Below, one piece after another: positions 29,059 through 38,319 of a stretch of 64,000 nucleotides of DNA. The notes beneath the pieces were generated by a model. That model did no database searches. It had not been told where the DNA came from and saw nothing but the letters and a program-made list of their open reading frames with translations. Location: contig PSMU01000002.1 in NCBI GenBank assembly GCA_040290255.1, positions 224,001-288,000 of the forward strand, read 5' to 3'. The translations under genes were made by a program, and so were the position numbers. Every line of letters starts with the position of its first letter. Position 1 is the stretch's first letter. Source of the DNA: Nitrososphaerota archaeon. GTDB taxonomy: Archaea; Thermoproteota; Nitrososphaeria; PSMU01.

Positions 29059-29844
29059 CCTCCAGGCGGCCATCCTTTTGGCCAAGAGATAGGCGGCGAG
29101 CGCTTCGAGGCCCAGCACCGCCAGCGGCGGGAAGATCTCCAGTGGAGCGAGCGCGATGAGGCCCAGCGAGGACTGCACCAGCCTGGAGGCGGCCGCCGTG
29201 GGTATTAGCAGCGCCAAGGGCCTGGCGAAGGGGGGCAGCAGCTCGAGCGGATAAAAGACGGGGGGCAGCACGGAGACCAGTACGCTGATTATGGGCGACC
29301 AGGTCCACAGGTCCTTCATATCCCTGGCCCTGGTGGAGATGATGTAGCCCAGGAATGAAAAGACCGCCCAGGCCAGCAGAAGGGCCGCCAGCAGCAGCGG
29401 CAAGGGCGCGGCCCTGAAGGCCATAAAGTACGAGCCCAGGGCCATCACGAGGGCGAGGGCGGGCAGGGCCGTTATGAGGTTCGCCAATGAGATGCCCAGG
29501 ATGTAGGCGATGGGGCTGATGGGCGCTGCCACATACATGTCCTGGAGCTTGAGCACGAGCCTGTTGAAGGCCGCATCGGTCTCCAGCGCGATGCTGCTGC
29601 TCACGACCACCATGACGAGCGCGCCCGAGAGCGCATAGCCCATTCCGCGCTGTCCGCCGAAGAGGGAGATGAAGAAGAGGAAGGAGAGCGGGGCTAACGC
29701 ATCGTGAAAGCTCCACCAGATGTTTCTCTTGAGCGGACAAAGGCCGTAGAACCAGGCGAAGGCGAGGGCTGACGCCAAGCTAGGGGCGGTCCTTCTCTTG
29801 ACCACGGGCTCCTGGCCGGGTCGCTCACCCTTCAAGCCCCTCAC
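29050..29844 (-). CDS. ABC-2 type transporter permease
   Basis: About 6 TM segments, PPVFYPLELLP motif, coupled to the ATPase gene. Confidence 0.82.
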   Translation of the reverse strand: MRGLKGERPGQEPVVKRRTAPSLASALAFAWFYGLCPLKRNIWWSFHDALAPLSFLFFISLFGGQRGMGYALSGALVMVVVSSSIALETDAAFNRLVLKLQDMYVAAPISPIAYILGISLANLITALPALALVMALGSYFMAFRAAPLPLLLAALLLAWAVFSFLGYIISTRARDMKDLWTWSPIISVLVSVLPPVFYPLELLPPFARPLALLIPTAAASRLVQSSLGLIALAPLEIFPPLAVLGLEALAAYLLAKRMAAWRLR

Positions 29845-30739
29845 CCGCCAACAGCAGGAAGAGGTCCTCGAGCCCCACGGCCCTGACGTTCAGGTCGAGC
29901 CCCCTGCGCAGGGCCTCCTCGGCCAGCTCTTGGCCCACTTTGCGGGGCATGATGGCCCTGGCCCTATCCCCCAGCCTTATCGCCTGCCCTCCCTCATAGA
30001 CCTCCACGCTCTGCAGGAAGGAGGCGGGGACATCGATCCTCACATAATCCCTATACGGGGCCAGCAGCTGCGCGAGCGTGCCCTGGGCCACCACGCGCCC
30101 GCCATGCATTATGGCGATGGCATCGCTCAGCGCCTCGGCCTCATCCATGTAGTGCGTCGTCAGCAGGACGGTGCGGCCTTCACGCCTCACCATATGTCTT
30201 ATCGCATCCCACACCCTTAACCGGGTAACGGGGTCCAGCCCAAGCGTCGGCTCATCGAGGAAGAGCAGCTGGGCATCCGAGGCGAAGGCCATGGCTACCA
30301 GCGTCCTTTGCCGGAGCCCGCCCGAGAGGTTTGAGCAGATCTGGTCCGCCCAATCCAGGAGCTCGAGCTGCTCAAGGGCCCGGCGGGCCCTGTGCTTAGC
30401 CTGCTGCCACGAGAAGCCCCTGGCGACCAAATAGTGGACTATGTGTTCCCTGGGCGTCATGAGGGAGGCCGGCCTGCCCTCCTGAGGAACGACGGCGATA
30501 TACGGCCTTATCCTCTCCGCCTCGGACAGAACGTCATGGCCGAGGACGAGCACGCTGCCGGACGTGGGCAGGAGCTGCGTTGAGGCGATCCTCACGAAGG
30601 TGGTCTTGCCGGCCCCGTTTCGGCCGAGCAGGCAGAAGATGCTCCCCCCGGGTATCACGAGGGAAACGGAGTCCAGGGCGACCGTGCCGTCGGAATAAAC
30701 CTTTCTCAGCCCACGGGCCTCGATCGCTATCTCTCCCAA
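29825..30739 (-). CDS. ABC transporter ATP-binding protein (DrrA-like)
   Basis: GRNGAGKTT, LSGG, LFLDEPT, TTHYMDEAE. TTG start inferred from the upstream TATA. Confidence 0.9.
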   Translation of the reverse strand: MGEIAIEARGLRKVYSDGTVALDSVSLVIPGGSIFCLLGRNGAGKTTFVRIASTQLLPTSGSVLVLGHDVLSEAERIRPYIAVVPQEGRPASLMTPREHIVHYLVARGFSWQQAKHRARRALEQLELLDWADQICSNLSGGLRQRTLVAMAFASDAQLLFLDEPTLGLDPVTRLRVWDAIRHMVRREGRTVLLTTHYMDEAEALSDAIAIMHGGRVVAQGTLAQLLAPYRDYVRIDVPASFLQSVEVYEGGQAIRLGDRARAIMPRKVGQELAEEALRRGLDLNVRAVGLEDLFLLLAGEGLEG

Positions 30740-30917
30740 CCGGGCCCTCCGCGCTACCCTCGCTCCTTTTAACTTATGCCCCGTGAGGGGCGCTTTATGG
30801 GGCTTGCCCCAAGGGCATGTGGCCTCGCCGTGGGTGCAAAGCCTCGGAGCGTGCAGCCCCTGCACAAGCAGCTAAGGAAAAGTTGGTAAATCTAGCCTTA
30901 AATAAAAACAGGGCCAA

Positions 30918-31622
30918 GTGGCCACAGTGCTTGTAGGAGACGCCAGGACCATTGCAAGGGAAATCGAGATGGTCGCCTCTCCATTAAGGGCGCTCGTCCT
31001 AGGCCATAGGCTGGTCCGCGAGGTTTCAGCGGGCAGGTTGCCGTGGCCTAAGCTGAAGAACTTGCTCGCGCAGATGTTTTACAGGGTCAGGCATCTGGGC
31101 GACCTCAGGATCTCCTTGGCGCTGCGAATAGATGAGGACATCAAGGACCATGTTGAGGCCAAGAGGCTCTGCCTCCAGATGGCCTTCGGGGACCTGAACC
31201 AGCATCAGCTCTATCTCAAGGCCTGCAGGGCCGTGGCCCTGGACATAAACAGCCTGCTGCAGGGCTCCCTGCTTCAGCACGAAACGGAACGCGAGCTGGC
31301 CTGGGAGCGCTGGCTCCTGGCCTTCGCGAGCGCTCCCGAGGCCTGTGCGGCCATTCTCTTCGTCCCCCTGACCGTTCAGATAAGGCTCTATCCCAAGCTG
31401 CTCGAGGCCCTGACCAGCCACTATGGCCTTTCACAGAGCGACGCGGAATACTTTCACATGAACGGGGCCGTGGCAGCTCCTCGAGAGGAGGCGGCAAAGA
31501 GGCTGCTGGCCCTTCTCATCAGGGATGAGCACGCCAAGGCCCGCGTGGCGGTCAGGGTCAGGCAGGCGCTCGAGGGAATGGCATGGTGGCTTACCGCCAT
31601 CGAGAAGGCCCCAGGCCTATAG
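30918..31622 (+). CDS. Heme-oxygenase-like helical protein (TenA/PqqC/CADD-like)
   Basis: All-helical pattern with H.L..V..G.L, D...H..LY, Y..L..AL..HYG....EYF. Confidence 0.6.
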   Translation: MATVLVGDARTIAREIEMVASPLRALVLGHRLVREVSAGRLPWPKLKNLLAQMFYRVRHLGDLRISLALRIDEDIKDHVEAKRLCLQMAFGDLNQHQLYLKACRAVALDINSLLQGSLLQHETERELAWERWLLAFASAPEACAAILFVPLTVQIRLYPKLLEALTSHYGLSQSDAEYFHMNGAVAAPREEAAKRLLALLIRDEHAKARVAVRVRQALEGMAWWLTAIEKAPGL

Positions 31623-31664
31623 CGGCGCAATAACGCAGATATTGGGCTCTGGCCGCCTAACGGC

Positions 31665-32618
31665 GTGCCTGTCAGCTTTAGCCTTGCGCTTGAGGGGGAT
31701 AAGCGGTTTGACCGGTACCTGCGCCTTCTGAAGCTGGCGGAGCGCCATGGGTTTTACAGCCTACAGCTTTACGATCATCTGCCCTTCAGGCCCGCATGGG
31801 GCCTGGCGCTGGCCCTTGCGCCCAAAGTAAAGCGAATCAGGCTGGGCCCCGTGACGATACCCGTCTTCCTTCACTCGCCCCATGAGGCGGCCAGGGAGCT
31901 GCTCCTGCTGAGCGAGCTGACAAGGGGCAAGGCCGTTTTAGGCCTGTCGAGGGGGGCCTATCATGAACTGGTGGGCGGCGGGGTGCGCAGGAGCAGACAT
32001 GACCTCCTCAGGTTCCTTGCGCGGCTGCATGCAGCGCTCTCCTCGGGCGCTCGCTTACGGCTGAGAAGCTTCAGTCCCAAGCCCTATGAGCTGTATGTGG
32101 GCACATCCGGCCCGCTGCTGGCCTCCGAGGCATCCAAGATCAGCTACGTAGATGCGGTTGTCGTGGATAACCTATGGAACCCGGCCTATGCGGCTAAGCT
32201 TCTGGGGCTGATGCGCGCGGCCGCGAGGGAGGCGGGCAGGGACGAAGCCCCCCAGCTGATTGCGAGGCCCTTCTGCAGCTTGGCCGAAGATGTGGAGAAG
32301 GCGAGGGCGCTGGCCCTGCGCGAGCTCAGCGCCTATCTGCCCAGGCTGGTGGGCCCTTCGCCCATGCTGGAGGAGGGGGGCCTGAGGAGGGAGCACCTCA
32401 CGGAGGAGGGGGCCCTGCTCGAGGCGCTTGAAAGGAACGCACACAACTTTGCGGCCGTGGGCACGGCCGAGGATATACTGGCCCAGACCGAGAGGATGGT
32501 GAGGGCGGGCGTGGGCCATATCTGCTTTGGCCACCCACTCGGGCCCGATCCGGAGGGCAGCCTACTGCAGCTGGCAAAGCGCGTCAAGGCCTACTATGAG
32601 GAACAGGGCGCGGGCTAG
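31665..32618 (+). CDS. LLM-class flavin/F420-dependent oxidoreductase (Mer-like)
   Basis: AERHGF..LQLYDH, IRLGPV, GKAVLGLSRG, YVGTSGP, FGHPLGPD. Confidence 0.8.
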   Translation: MPVSFSLALEGDKRFDRYLRLLKLAERHGFYSLQLYDHLPFRPAWGLALALAPKVKRIRLGPVTIPVFLHSPHEAARELLLLSELTRGKAVLGLSRGAYHELVGGGVRRSRHDLLRFLARLHAALSSGARLRLRSFSPKPYELYVGTSGPLLASEASKISYVDAVVVDNLWNPAYAAKLLGLMRAAAREAGRDEAPQLIARPFCSLAEDVEKARALALRELSAYLPRLVGPSPMLEEGGLRREHLTEEGALLEALERNAHNFAAVGTAEDILAQTERMVRAGVGHICFGHPLGPDPEGSLLQLAKRVKAYYEEQGAG

Positions 32619-33064
32619 GGAGGGGACTGGGCCTTGGGCACCTCTATTAGGGGCTTTAGCTTATCCACGCAGTCAGCGACGAGCTTGAGCTTCTGCTCGT
32701 CCGGCAGGCGCCTTGCCTCGACCTGCAGCATCTTGGTGATCTGCCCTCGGCGCCTCGAGATCTGGTAGAGCGTCTTGGCCAGCACCTTGTAGTTCATGAT
32801 TACGTCGCGCTTTAGCTCCTCCAGCTTCCTGGTCACCTCGGCGTCGTCCCTGTAGGCCATCGCCTCCCTGATGTCGAGCGAAATCCTTCCGTCCGAGAAC
32901 TCGCTGACGGCGAAGAGCAGCGGCCTGGCAGCCGGGGGCCTCATCTGCCTCGTATCGAGCACGAGGCCCCATCTCAGATCCGGCGCTTGCCTGGGCTTAT
33001 ACCTTAGGCCCGTCTTATCTTCGAGCAGCACGCGCATGCGCTCAAGAAGCCCGTAGGCCGACAT
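32615..33064 (-). CDS. Hypothetical protein
   Basis: 149 aa ORF with host-like codon usage and TTTAAATA about 29 nt upstream. Confidence 0.65.
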   Translation of the reverse strand: MSAYGLLERMRVLLEDKTGLRYKPRQAPDLRWGLVLDTRQMRPPAARPLLFAVSEFSDGRISLDIREAMAYRDDAEVTRKLEELKRDVIMNYKVLAKTLYQISRRRGQITKMLQVEARRLPDEQKLKLVADCVDKLKPLIEVPKAQSPP

Positions 33065-33155
33065 AGAATACCGCCAAACTGCCCCAGCACACTATTTAAA
33101 CATAAGGCATGCAGGCGCCTAACTGTTTTTAGGAGGACGGGGGGCGAGGTACGCG

Positions 33156-34388
33156 ATGAAGGTAAAGCGGGGCTTTGACCTTAAGGATAGGCTCTTTTGG
33201 CTCGCCTCTGAGGAGGAGATAAAGAGGGCGGAGACGACGGACGTGTACTTCCTCTTCACGAAGAGGCTCCTGCGGGAAAAGGGGGTCTCCACGCGGGTCG
33301 TAATGGAGGTATATGCCCGCAGGTTGCCCTATGAAGGGAACTGGGGGATCGTTTCCGGCATCTATGAGGTCGCGAAGCTGCTGGAGGGGCTGCCCGTGAA
33401 CGTGAAGGCCGTGGAAGAGGGGGAGCTCTTCCCCGTCAACCCCACCTCGGCGGTGTACGCACCCCTGCTTCAGATCGAGGGAAGATACGTCGACTTCGCG
33501 GAATATGAGAACGCGCTGCTGGGCCTGCTCTGCTACAGCACGGGCGTCTCCACGAAGGCCGCGAGGATAAGGATCAAGGCATGGGGGAAGGTGCTTCTGA
33601 GCTTCGGGACGCGACGCACGCATCCCGCCCTGGCCCCCTTGGTTGAGAGGGCCGCATACATTGCCGGCTTCGACGGGGTCTCCAACGTGCTGGGGGCACG
33701 GCTGCTGGGCGTTAGGCCCGTCGGCACCATGCCGCATTCGCTCATCCTGACCATCGGCGACCAGAGGAAGGCATGGATCTGGTTCGATGAGGTGATCGAA
33801 AGGGATGTGCCGCGCGTGGCGCTCGTGGACACCTTCTATGACGAGAAGGCGGAGGCCCTTATGGCGCTCGAGGCCCTGGGGCCCAGGCTTTATGCGCTGA
33901 GGCTGGACACGCCCTCCTCGAGGCGTGGGGACTGGAGGAAGATAATAGAGGAGGTGCGCTGGGAACTCAACCTGAGGGGGGCCGGCAACGTGAAGCTCTT
34001 CGCTTCAGGGGGCCTGGACGAGAAGGAGGTCGAGGAGCTGGCGGACCTAGTGGATGGGTTCGGCGTGGGGACCAGTGTAAGCGCCGCGCCCGTCATCGAC
34101 TTCAGCGCCAAGGTGGTGGAGGTCGAGGAGGGAGGAAAGATGGTGCCCAGGGCCAAGAGGGGCGATATCGCGGGGAGAAAGCAGCTCTACAGGCTCGAGG
34201 ATGGCCTAACGCATGTGGTGGCGCCGGCGCATATAAGCGTCGACGGGGAACCCCTGCTCAGGGACTTATTGGTCGACGGGAAGCTCGCACGGCCGCTGCT
34301 GAGCCCCGGTAAAATCAGGGAGAGGGTGCTACGCTCGTTGACGAAGCTGAGGGAGGGGAAGGAGCCCCGCCTTCTGTGGAGGGCCTAG
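33156..34388 (+). CDS. pncB: Nicotinate phosphoribosyltransferase
   Basis: TTDVYF, SFGTRR.HP, GTMPHS, LVDTF, RLDTPSSRRG, SGGL, FGVGT. Confidence 0.9.
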   Translation: MKVKRGFDLKDRLFWLASEEEIKRAETTDVYFLFTKRLLREKGVSTRVVMEVYARRLPYEGNWGIVSGIYEVAKLLEGLPVNVKAVEEGELFPVNPTSAVYAPLLQIEGRYVDFAEYENALLGLLCYSTGVSTKAARIRIKAWGKVLLSFGTRRTHPALAPLVERAAYIAGFDGVSNVLGARLLGVRPVGTMPHSLILTIGDQRKAWIWFDEVIERDVPRVALVDTFYDEKAEALMALEALGPRLYALRLDTPSSRRGDWRKIIEEVRWELNLRGAGNVKLFASGGLDEKEVEELADLVDGFGVGTSVSAAPVIDFSAKVVEVEEGGKMVPRAKRGDIAGRKQLYRLEDGLTHVVAPAHISVDGEPLLRDLLVDGKLARPLLSPGKIRERVLRSLTKLREGKEPRLLWRA

Positions 34389-36537
34389 CGGCCCTTCTCT
34401 CTCGATAGATCTCGAGCAGGGCCACCGTGAAGAGGGCGATGAAGGCGAGCCCGAGCGCGAGGCTGAGGAGCAGCGTGGTATCCACCTGAAGAGCTGAAGT
34501 GGGGGTCTGGTTCCTGACATCGGCATAGCCCATGTATAGGCTGCCGTTGGCCGCCCTCGCCGTCACCGCCACATGATAGACGCCGGCCTGGTCGGCCCTA
34601 AAGCTAAAGGGCAGCGCTACGCCCGCGTATGTCTGCCTCTCATAGGAGGGCGTTATTACGGTGATGTTGGCGACGAAGGAGCCACCGCCCACCGCCCCCA
34701 CCGCGATGCTGCCGTTGTGTGCCGAAGCCGCTATTGTCATGTTATCCACATACACGAGCATGGGTATGTGATAAGTGAAGAGCCTTCCCCGCAGCTCTAG
34801 GAAGCCCTCGTAGAGCTGCGCGCGCTGTGCCCGATCGATTGAGAGCTGAACCGAGAGGCCGGAGGCGGAGGGCCTTGCTGTGGCGTTTATGCCCCCCTCT
34901 AGCCACAGGAAGGAGGCGCCCGAGAGGCTATCGGCCACCGGCTTGACCTGAAGGCTCAGGCTTGCTCTGGTGTGCAGCGGGCTCAGATGCACCACCAGGC
35001 TCGTTGCGTTGGCGAGCAGGCCGCCCAAGAGCAGCTTGGTCTGATTTGGCCTGCCAGCCCCCTGCTCGAGCGGCGAGGCCAAGTCTCCCCAGGGGGCTCT
35101 GACCAAGTCGGTGCCGAGGCTGATCAGGGTCCCCACCTCGGGCCCCGTCATGTTGGGGCGAGCCTCCAGCAGCCTGGCGGCGAGGGCCGACACCTGTGGG
35201 GCCGAGAAGCTGCTGCCGCTGGGCGTCCAGGGATGCCCGGCCGCATCGAGCGTCTGCACGTCCTCGCCCACGGCGACTACGTTGGGCTTTATCGAGAAGA
35301 GACCTCCTCCCCTAGAGCTGAAGATGGAGACGTCCTTGGCGTACCTGAAGATGTTGATCAAGGCATAGAGGGGCCCTTCCCTGAGCGCCGCCAAGAGGGC
35401 GAGCCCAGCTTCGCGATCCAGCGAGAAGACAGGAATCGTGGGCGTGTAGTTAGGGTTGAGCGGATCGGAAAGGTTTCCCAAGAAGAAGCCCTCTTGGTTG
35501 TTAAAGACGATGAGCGCCGCCGCGCCTTTAGATGCGACCAGGCGCTCCTTATAGCTGAAGTAGGCGTAGGGCAGTTGCCCTCCCCTCTCCGCCAGCACGA
35601 TGGCGCCGTTTAAGTCTAAGGACTTTACATCGCTGGGCAGGGCGCGCGAAGCGTAAACTATTGGGCCGGAGACGTTGCGCAGGGGCGCCCGGGCCATGGG
35701 CAGCAGGTTAAGCGTGAAGCCCAGCTCCCGGGATGTCTTGAGCTGTACGGACACGGAGTGCTCAAGGCCCGGCTTGGAGGAGCCCACGGCCAGAACATCC
35801 CCATAGGCCGCAGGATAGCTGACGGTATCCGGCTTCGGGCCCGAATTTCCGGCCGCGGCGACGACCAGCGCGCCCTGGGAGGAGGCCCTCGCCATAAGCT
35901 GTTGGAGGGCTGGGTCGGGCTGATCGGTGCCCAGGCTGAGGTTGATCACCTGGGCGCCTTCGCTCAGGGCCCTGTCCAAGGCCCGGAAGAGGGCCGAGAG
36001 CAGGATCTCGCCCGCCCTGCCCACCCTATAAACGAGGAGGCTGGCGCCTGGCGCCTGCTGCCTGATGATGTATGCGACGGCGGTTCCGTGTCCATCCGCA
36101 TCCAAGGGGTCCGCATCATTGGATACGAAGTCATATCCATCCACGATGGGTTTGCCGGGCCCAATGCCTCCCCCAAAGACGGCCAGCCTGTAGTTCACGC
36201 CGGTGTCAAGCAGGGCCACCTTTACCCCCCTGCCCGTGGGCCCAACGGGCGACGAGCTGTTGAAGGCCTGCTGGAGCGGCGAGTGGACCAGGGGCTCCCA
36301 GTGAACAGGCAGCTCCCTGTCGATGAGCACGCTGCCCTTTACGCCCGCCAGGGCGAAATAGCTCACCTGTCCTATAAAGCCGGGGCCCAGCCCTTGCAGC
36401 TGGTAGGCGCCGGGGGGCGCCTCGCACGGGCCATCACACAGCACGATGACCCTGAGAACCTGTAGGGGCAGCAGGGCCAGGGGAAGGAGGAGGAGCGAGC
36501 AGGCCGCTAGGCCAACCGCGCGAGCCGGCGGCCTCAA
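34315..36537 (-). CDS. Membrane-anchored S8 subtilase with PA domain
   Basis: Signal peptide, catalytic LLDTG, HGTAVA, AAAGNSG, SGSSFSAP, PA insert, C-terminal TM helix. Confidence 0.88.
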   Translation of the reverse strand: MRPPARAVGLAACSLLLLPLALLPLQVLRVIVLCDGPCEAPPGAYQLQGLGPGFIGQVSYFALAGVKGSVLIDRELPVHWEPLVHSPLQQAFNSSSPVGPTGRGVKVALLDTGVNYRLAVFGGGIGPGKPIVDGYDFVSNDADPLDADGHGTAVAYIIRQQAPGASLLVYRVGRAGEILLSALFRALDRALSEGAQVINLSLGTDQPDPALQQLMARASSQGALVVAAAGNSGPKPDTVSYPAAYGDVLAVGSSKPGLEHSVSVQLKTSRELGFTLNLLPMARAPLRNVSGPIVYASRALPSDVKSLDLNGAIVLAERGGQLPYAYFSYKERLVASKGAAALIVFNNQEGFFLGNLSDPLNPNYTPTIPVFSLDREAGLALLAALREGPLYALINIFRYAKDVSIFSSRGGGLFSIKPNVVAVGEDVQTLDAAGHPWTPSGSSFSAPQVSALAARLLEARPNMTGPEVGTLISLGTDLVRAPWGDLASPLEQGAGRPNQTKLLLGGLLANATSLVVHLSPLHTRASLSLQVKPVADSLSGASFLWLEGGINATARPSASGLSVQLSIDRAQRAQLYEGFLELRGRLFTYHIPMLVYVDNMTIAASAHNGSIAVGAVGGGSFVANITVITPSYERQTYAGVALPFSFRADQAGVYHVAVTARAANGSLYMGYADVRNQTPTSALQVDTTLLLSLALGLAFIALFTVALLEIYRERRAARPSTEGGAPSPPSASSTSVAPSP

Positions 36538-37508
36538 GCCCCCTTACCCGCCCTGCTCGGCCGAAGCAGGCCCCCCAGCCTACGATCTAGCCTCTGCAGG
36601 AAGGGGGTGAGCTCCTGCGACCTTATCCTCGCGCCCGCCGCCTGCGCATGGCCGCCTCCGTCGCCTCCCACTTCCTCCGCTACGGAGGAGACCAGCCTTC
36701 CTAGATGCAGCAGCGGCAGCCTCTTGGAACGGAGCGAGAGCTTGACCTCACTTCGGGTCCTTCTGACGGCCACGGCGATGGGCCTCGACGTCACCTCCAG
36801 CGCGAGGGAGGCGAGCAGGCCCGTGTTCTCGTCGTTAGCTTCTACCACCGAGAAGCTCTCATAATGCGTTACGGCCGTCGCCAGGCCCGTGCGCAGCGCC
36901 TGCAGCCTGGCCGCGAGAGCCAGCGCCTCCTCGGTGACCTCGCGCGAGGAGGTGGCGGGCTTCAGCTGGGAAAGCATTTCCACGAGGCCCAGCAGATGCC
37001 TCCGTCGCTTCTCCCAGGCCAAGATCGCCAACGTGTATAGCGCCACGTCCAGAAAGAGCGTGAACCTCTCAAGCCCCTCCAGCAGCTGCCTCGCTATAGG
37101 GCCGGCCTCCATGTAATCGCTCAGGGCGGCCATCGCCGCCAGCCGCGCGGCCTCCCGCGGAAGCTTGTCCTTGTAGTGATGGAAGAAGAGGGCCGACGTG
37201 CAGTCTCGCGTGCTGTGAACGACCTCTCCGCCCCGAGCGATTAGGGCCCTGCGGGCGGCCGGCGGAAGCGTATGGTGGTCCAAGTAAATAAAGCGGCCAC
37301 GCGGAAGAAGATCCAGATAGCGCTTGAAGCGAGGTCCGTAAAGGCCCAAATCCGTTATTATCAGTTGCTCGCCCGCTAGGCGGGCAAGCTGCGCCTCCAG
37401 CTCCCCGTAGCCCACGAGCTCAACCTGCGCCCTGAAGGCGAGCCGCGCGAGCGCCGCGCTCGCCAGCCCGTCCAGGTCGCCCTTATGGCTTAGGCAGATG
37501 AACGCCAT
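36534..37508 (-). CDS. DHH/DHHA1 family phosphoesterase (RecJ/NrnA-like)
   Basis: H.GDLDG, TDLG, LDHH, SLRS, GGDGGGHAQAAG. Confidence 0.85.
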   Translation of the reverse strand: MAFICLSHKGDLDGLASAALARLAFRAQVELVGYGELEAQLARLAGEQLIITDLGLYGPRFKRYLDLLPRGRFIYLDHHTLPPAARRALIARGGEVVHSTRDCTSALFFHHYKDKLPREAARLAAMAALSDYMEAGPIARQLLEGLERFTLFLDVALYTLAILAWEKRRRHLLGLVEMLSQLKPATSSREVTEEALALAARLQALRTGLATAVTHYESFSVVEANDENTGLLASLALEVTSRPIAVAVRRTRSEVKLSLRSKRLPLLHLGRLVSSVAEEVGGDGGGHAQAAGARIRSQELTPFLQRLDRRLGGLLRPSRAGKGA

Positions 37509-38319
37509 TCTGCCGGCTCCGGCCCTGCCCCCCTCCAATAAGGTTTGCTAGCGTGCCCAGGTAATGGCCCTCGAGCGTGTATGCCCCCACGCCCTCGAGG
37601 GGGAGCGCGCCGCCCCTCAGCAGGGGGCTCCTGGGCCTCCAGCCGGGCTCATTGGCCACCTTGCCCGGGACGAGCTCGTTGAACGCCGGCAGCAGGACGA
37701 GCGTGGGGTTGGAGACAGACCTCAACGAGGCCCTCCTCTTGGCCCTCCTCAGGTGCTCCAGCATCCTCTGAAGGACCTTGCCCCTATCCCAGCGGCCTGT
37801 GAGCCAGACGGGCAGGCGCTCGCCGTCCTGACCTATCCTCACGACAGGATGATGATGGCCCATCAGGAAGATCGCGCAGGACAGCAGCCGTGGGGCAGGC
37901 CAGGCGTGCCCGTGCTGGGCGGCTACGCGGCCATCGAAGAGGCTCACCCCGTAGGCGCCATAGACCTTGACCTCCCTGGGCAGAAGGGCCTCCAGCTCGG
38001 CGTCATGGTTGCCCCTGAGCACGACGATCTCCTCGACAAGGGGCAGAAGGGCCTCAAAGAAGGCGGGCGTATCGCTCCACTCCTGCGCCTGAATGCCCGG
38101 CACCTTGTGCTTCACATCGCCCAAGATCAGCAGCTTGCTTGCCCCCGTCGAATCCAAGAGCCTCTGCAGCCTCTTGAGCATGGTGGGCGTCTGGGAGGGG
38201 ACGCGAAATCCCTTGGAGGCCAGCTCCAGCTCATAGCCTATATGCAGGTCCGAGATCACCAACACCCTCTCTTTGCCTCTCTCGAGCAGGAGTGCGCGCT
38301 CGCCCCTGCAGAACTTCAT
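37483..38319 (-). CDS. Calcineurin-like metallophosphoesterase (COG1407/PdeM-like)
   Basis: SDLHIG, LGDVKH, RGNHD, HGH, GHHHP, LPAFN. Confidence 0.88.
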   Translation of the reverse strand: MKFCRGERALLLERGKERVLVISDLHIGYELELASKGFRVPSQTPTMLKRLQRLLDSTGASKLLILGDVKHKVPGIQAQEWSDTPAFFEALLPLVEEIVVLRGNHDAELEALLPREVKVYGAYGVSLFDGRVAAQHGHAWPAPRLLSCAIFLMGHHHPVVRIGQDGERLPVWLTGRWDRGKVLQRMLEHLRRAKRRASLRSVSNPTLVLLPAFNELVPGKVANEPGWRPRSPLLRGGALPLEGVGAYTLEGHYLGTLANLIGGGQGRSRQNGVHLPKP

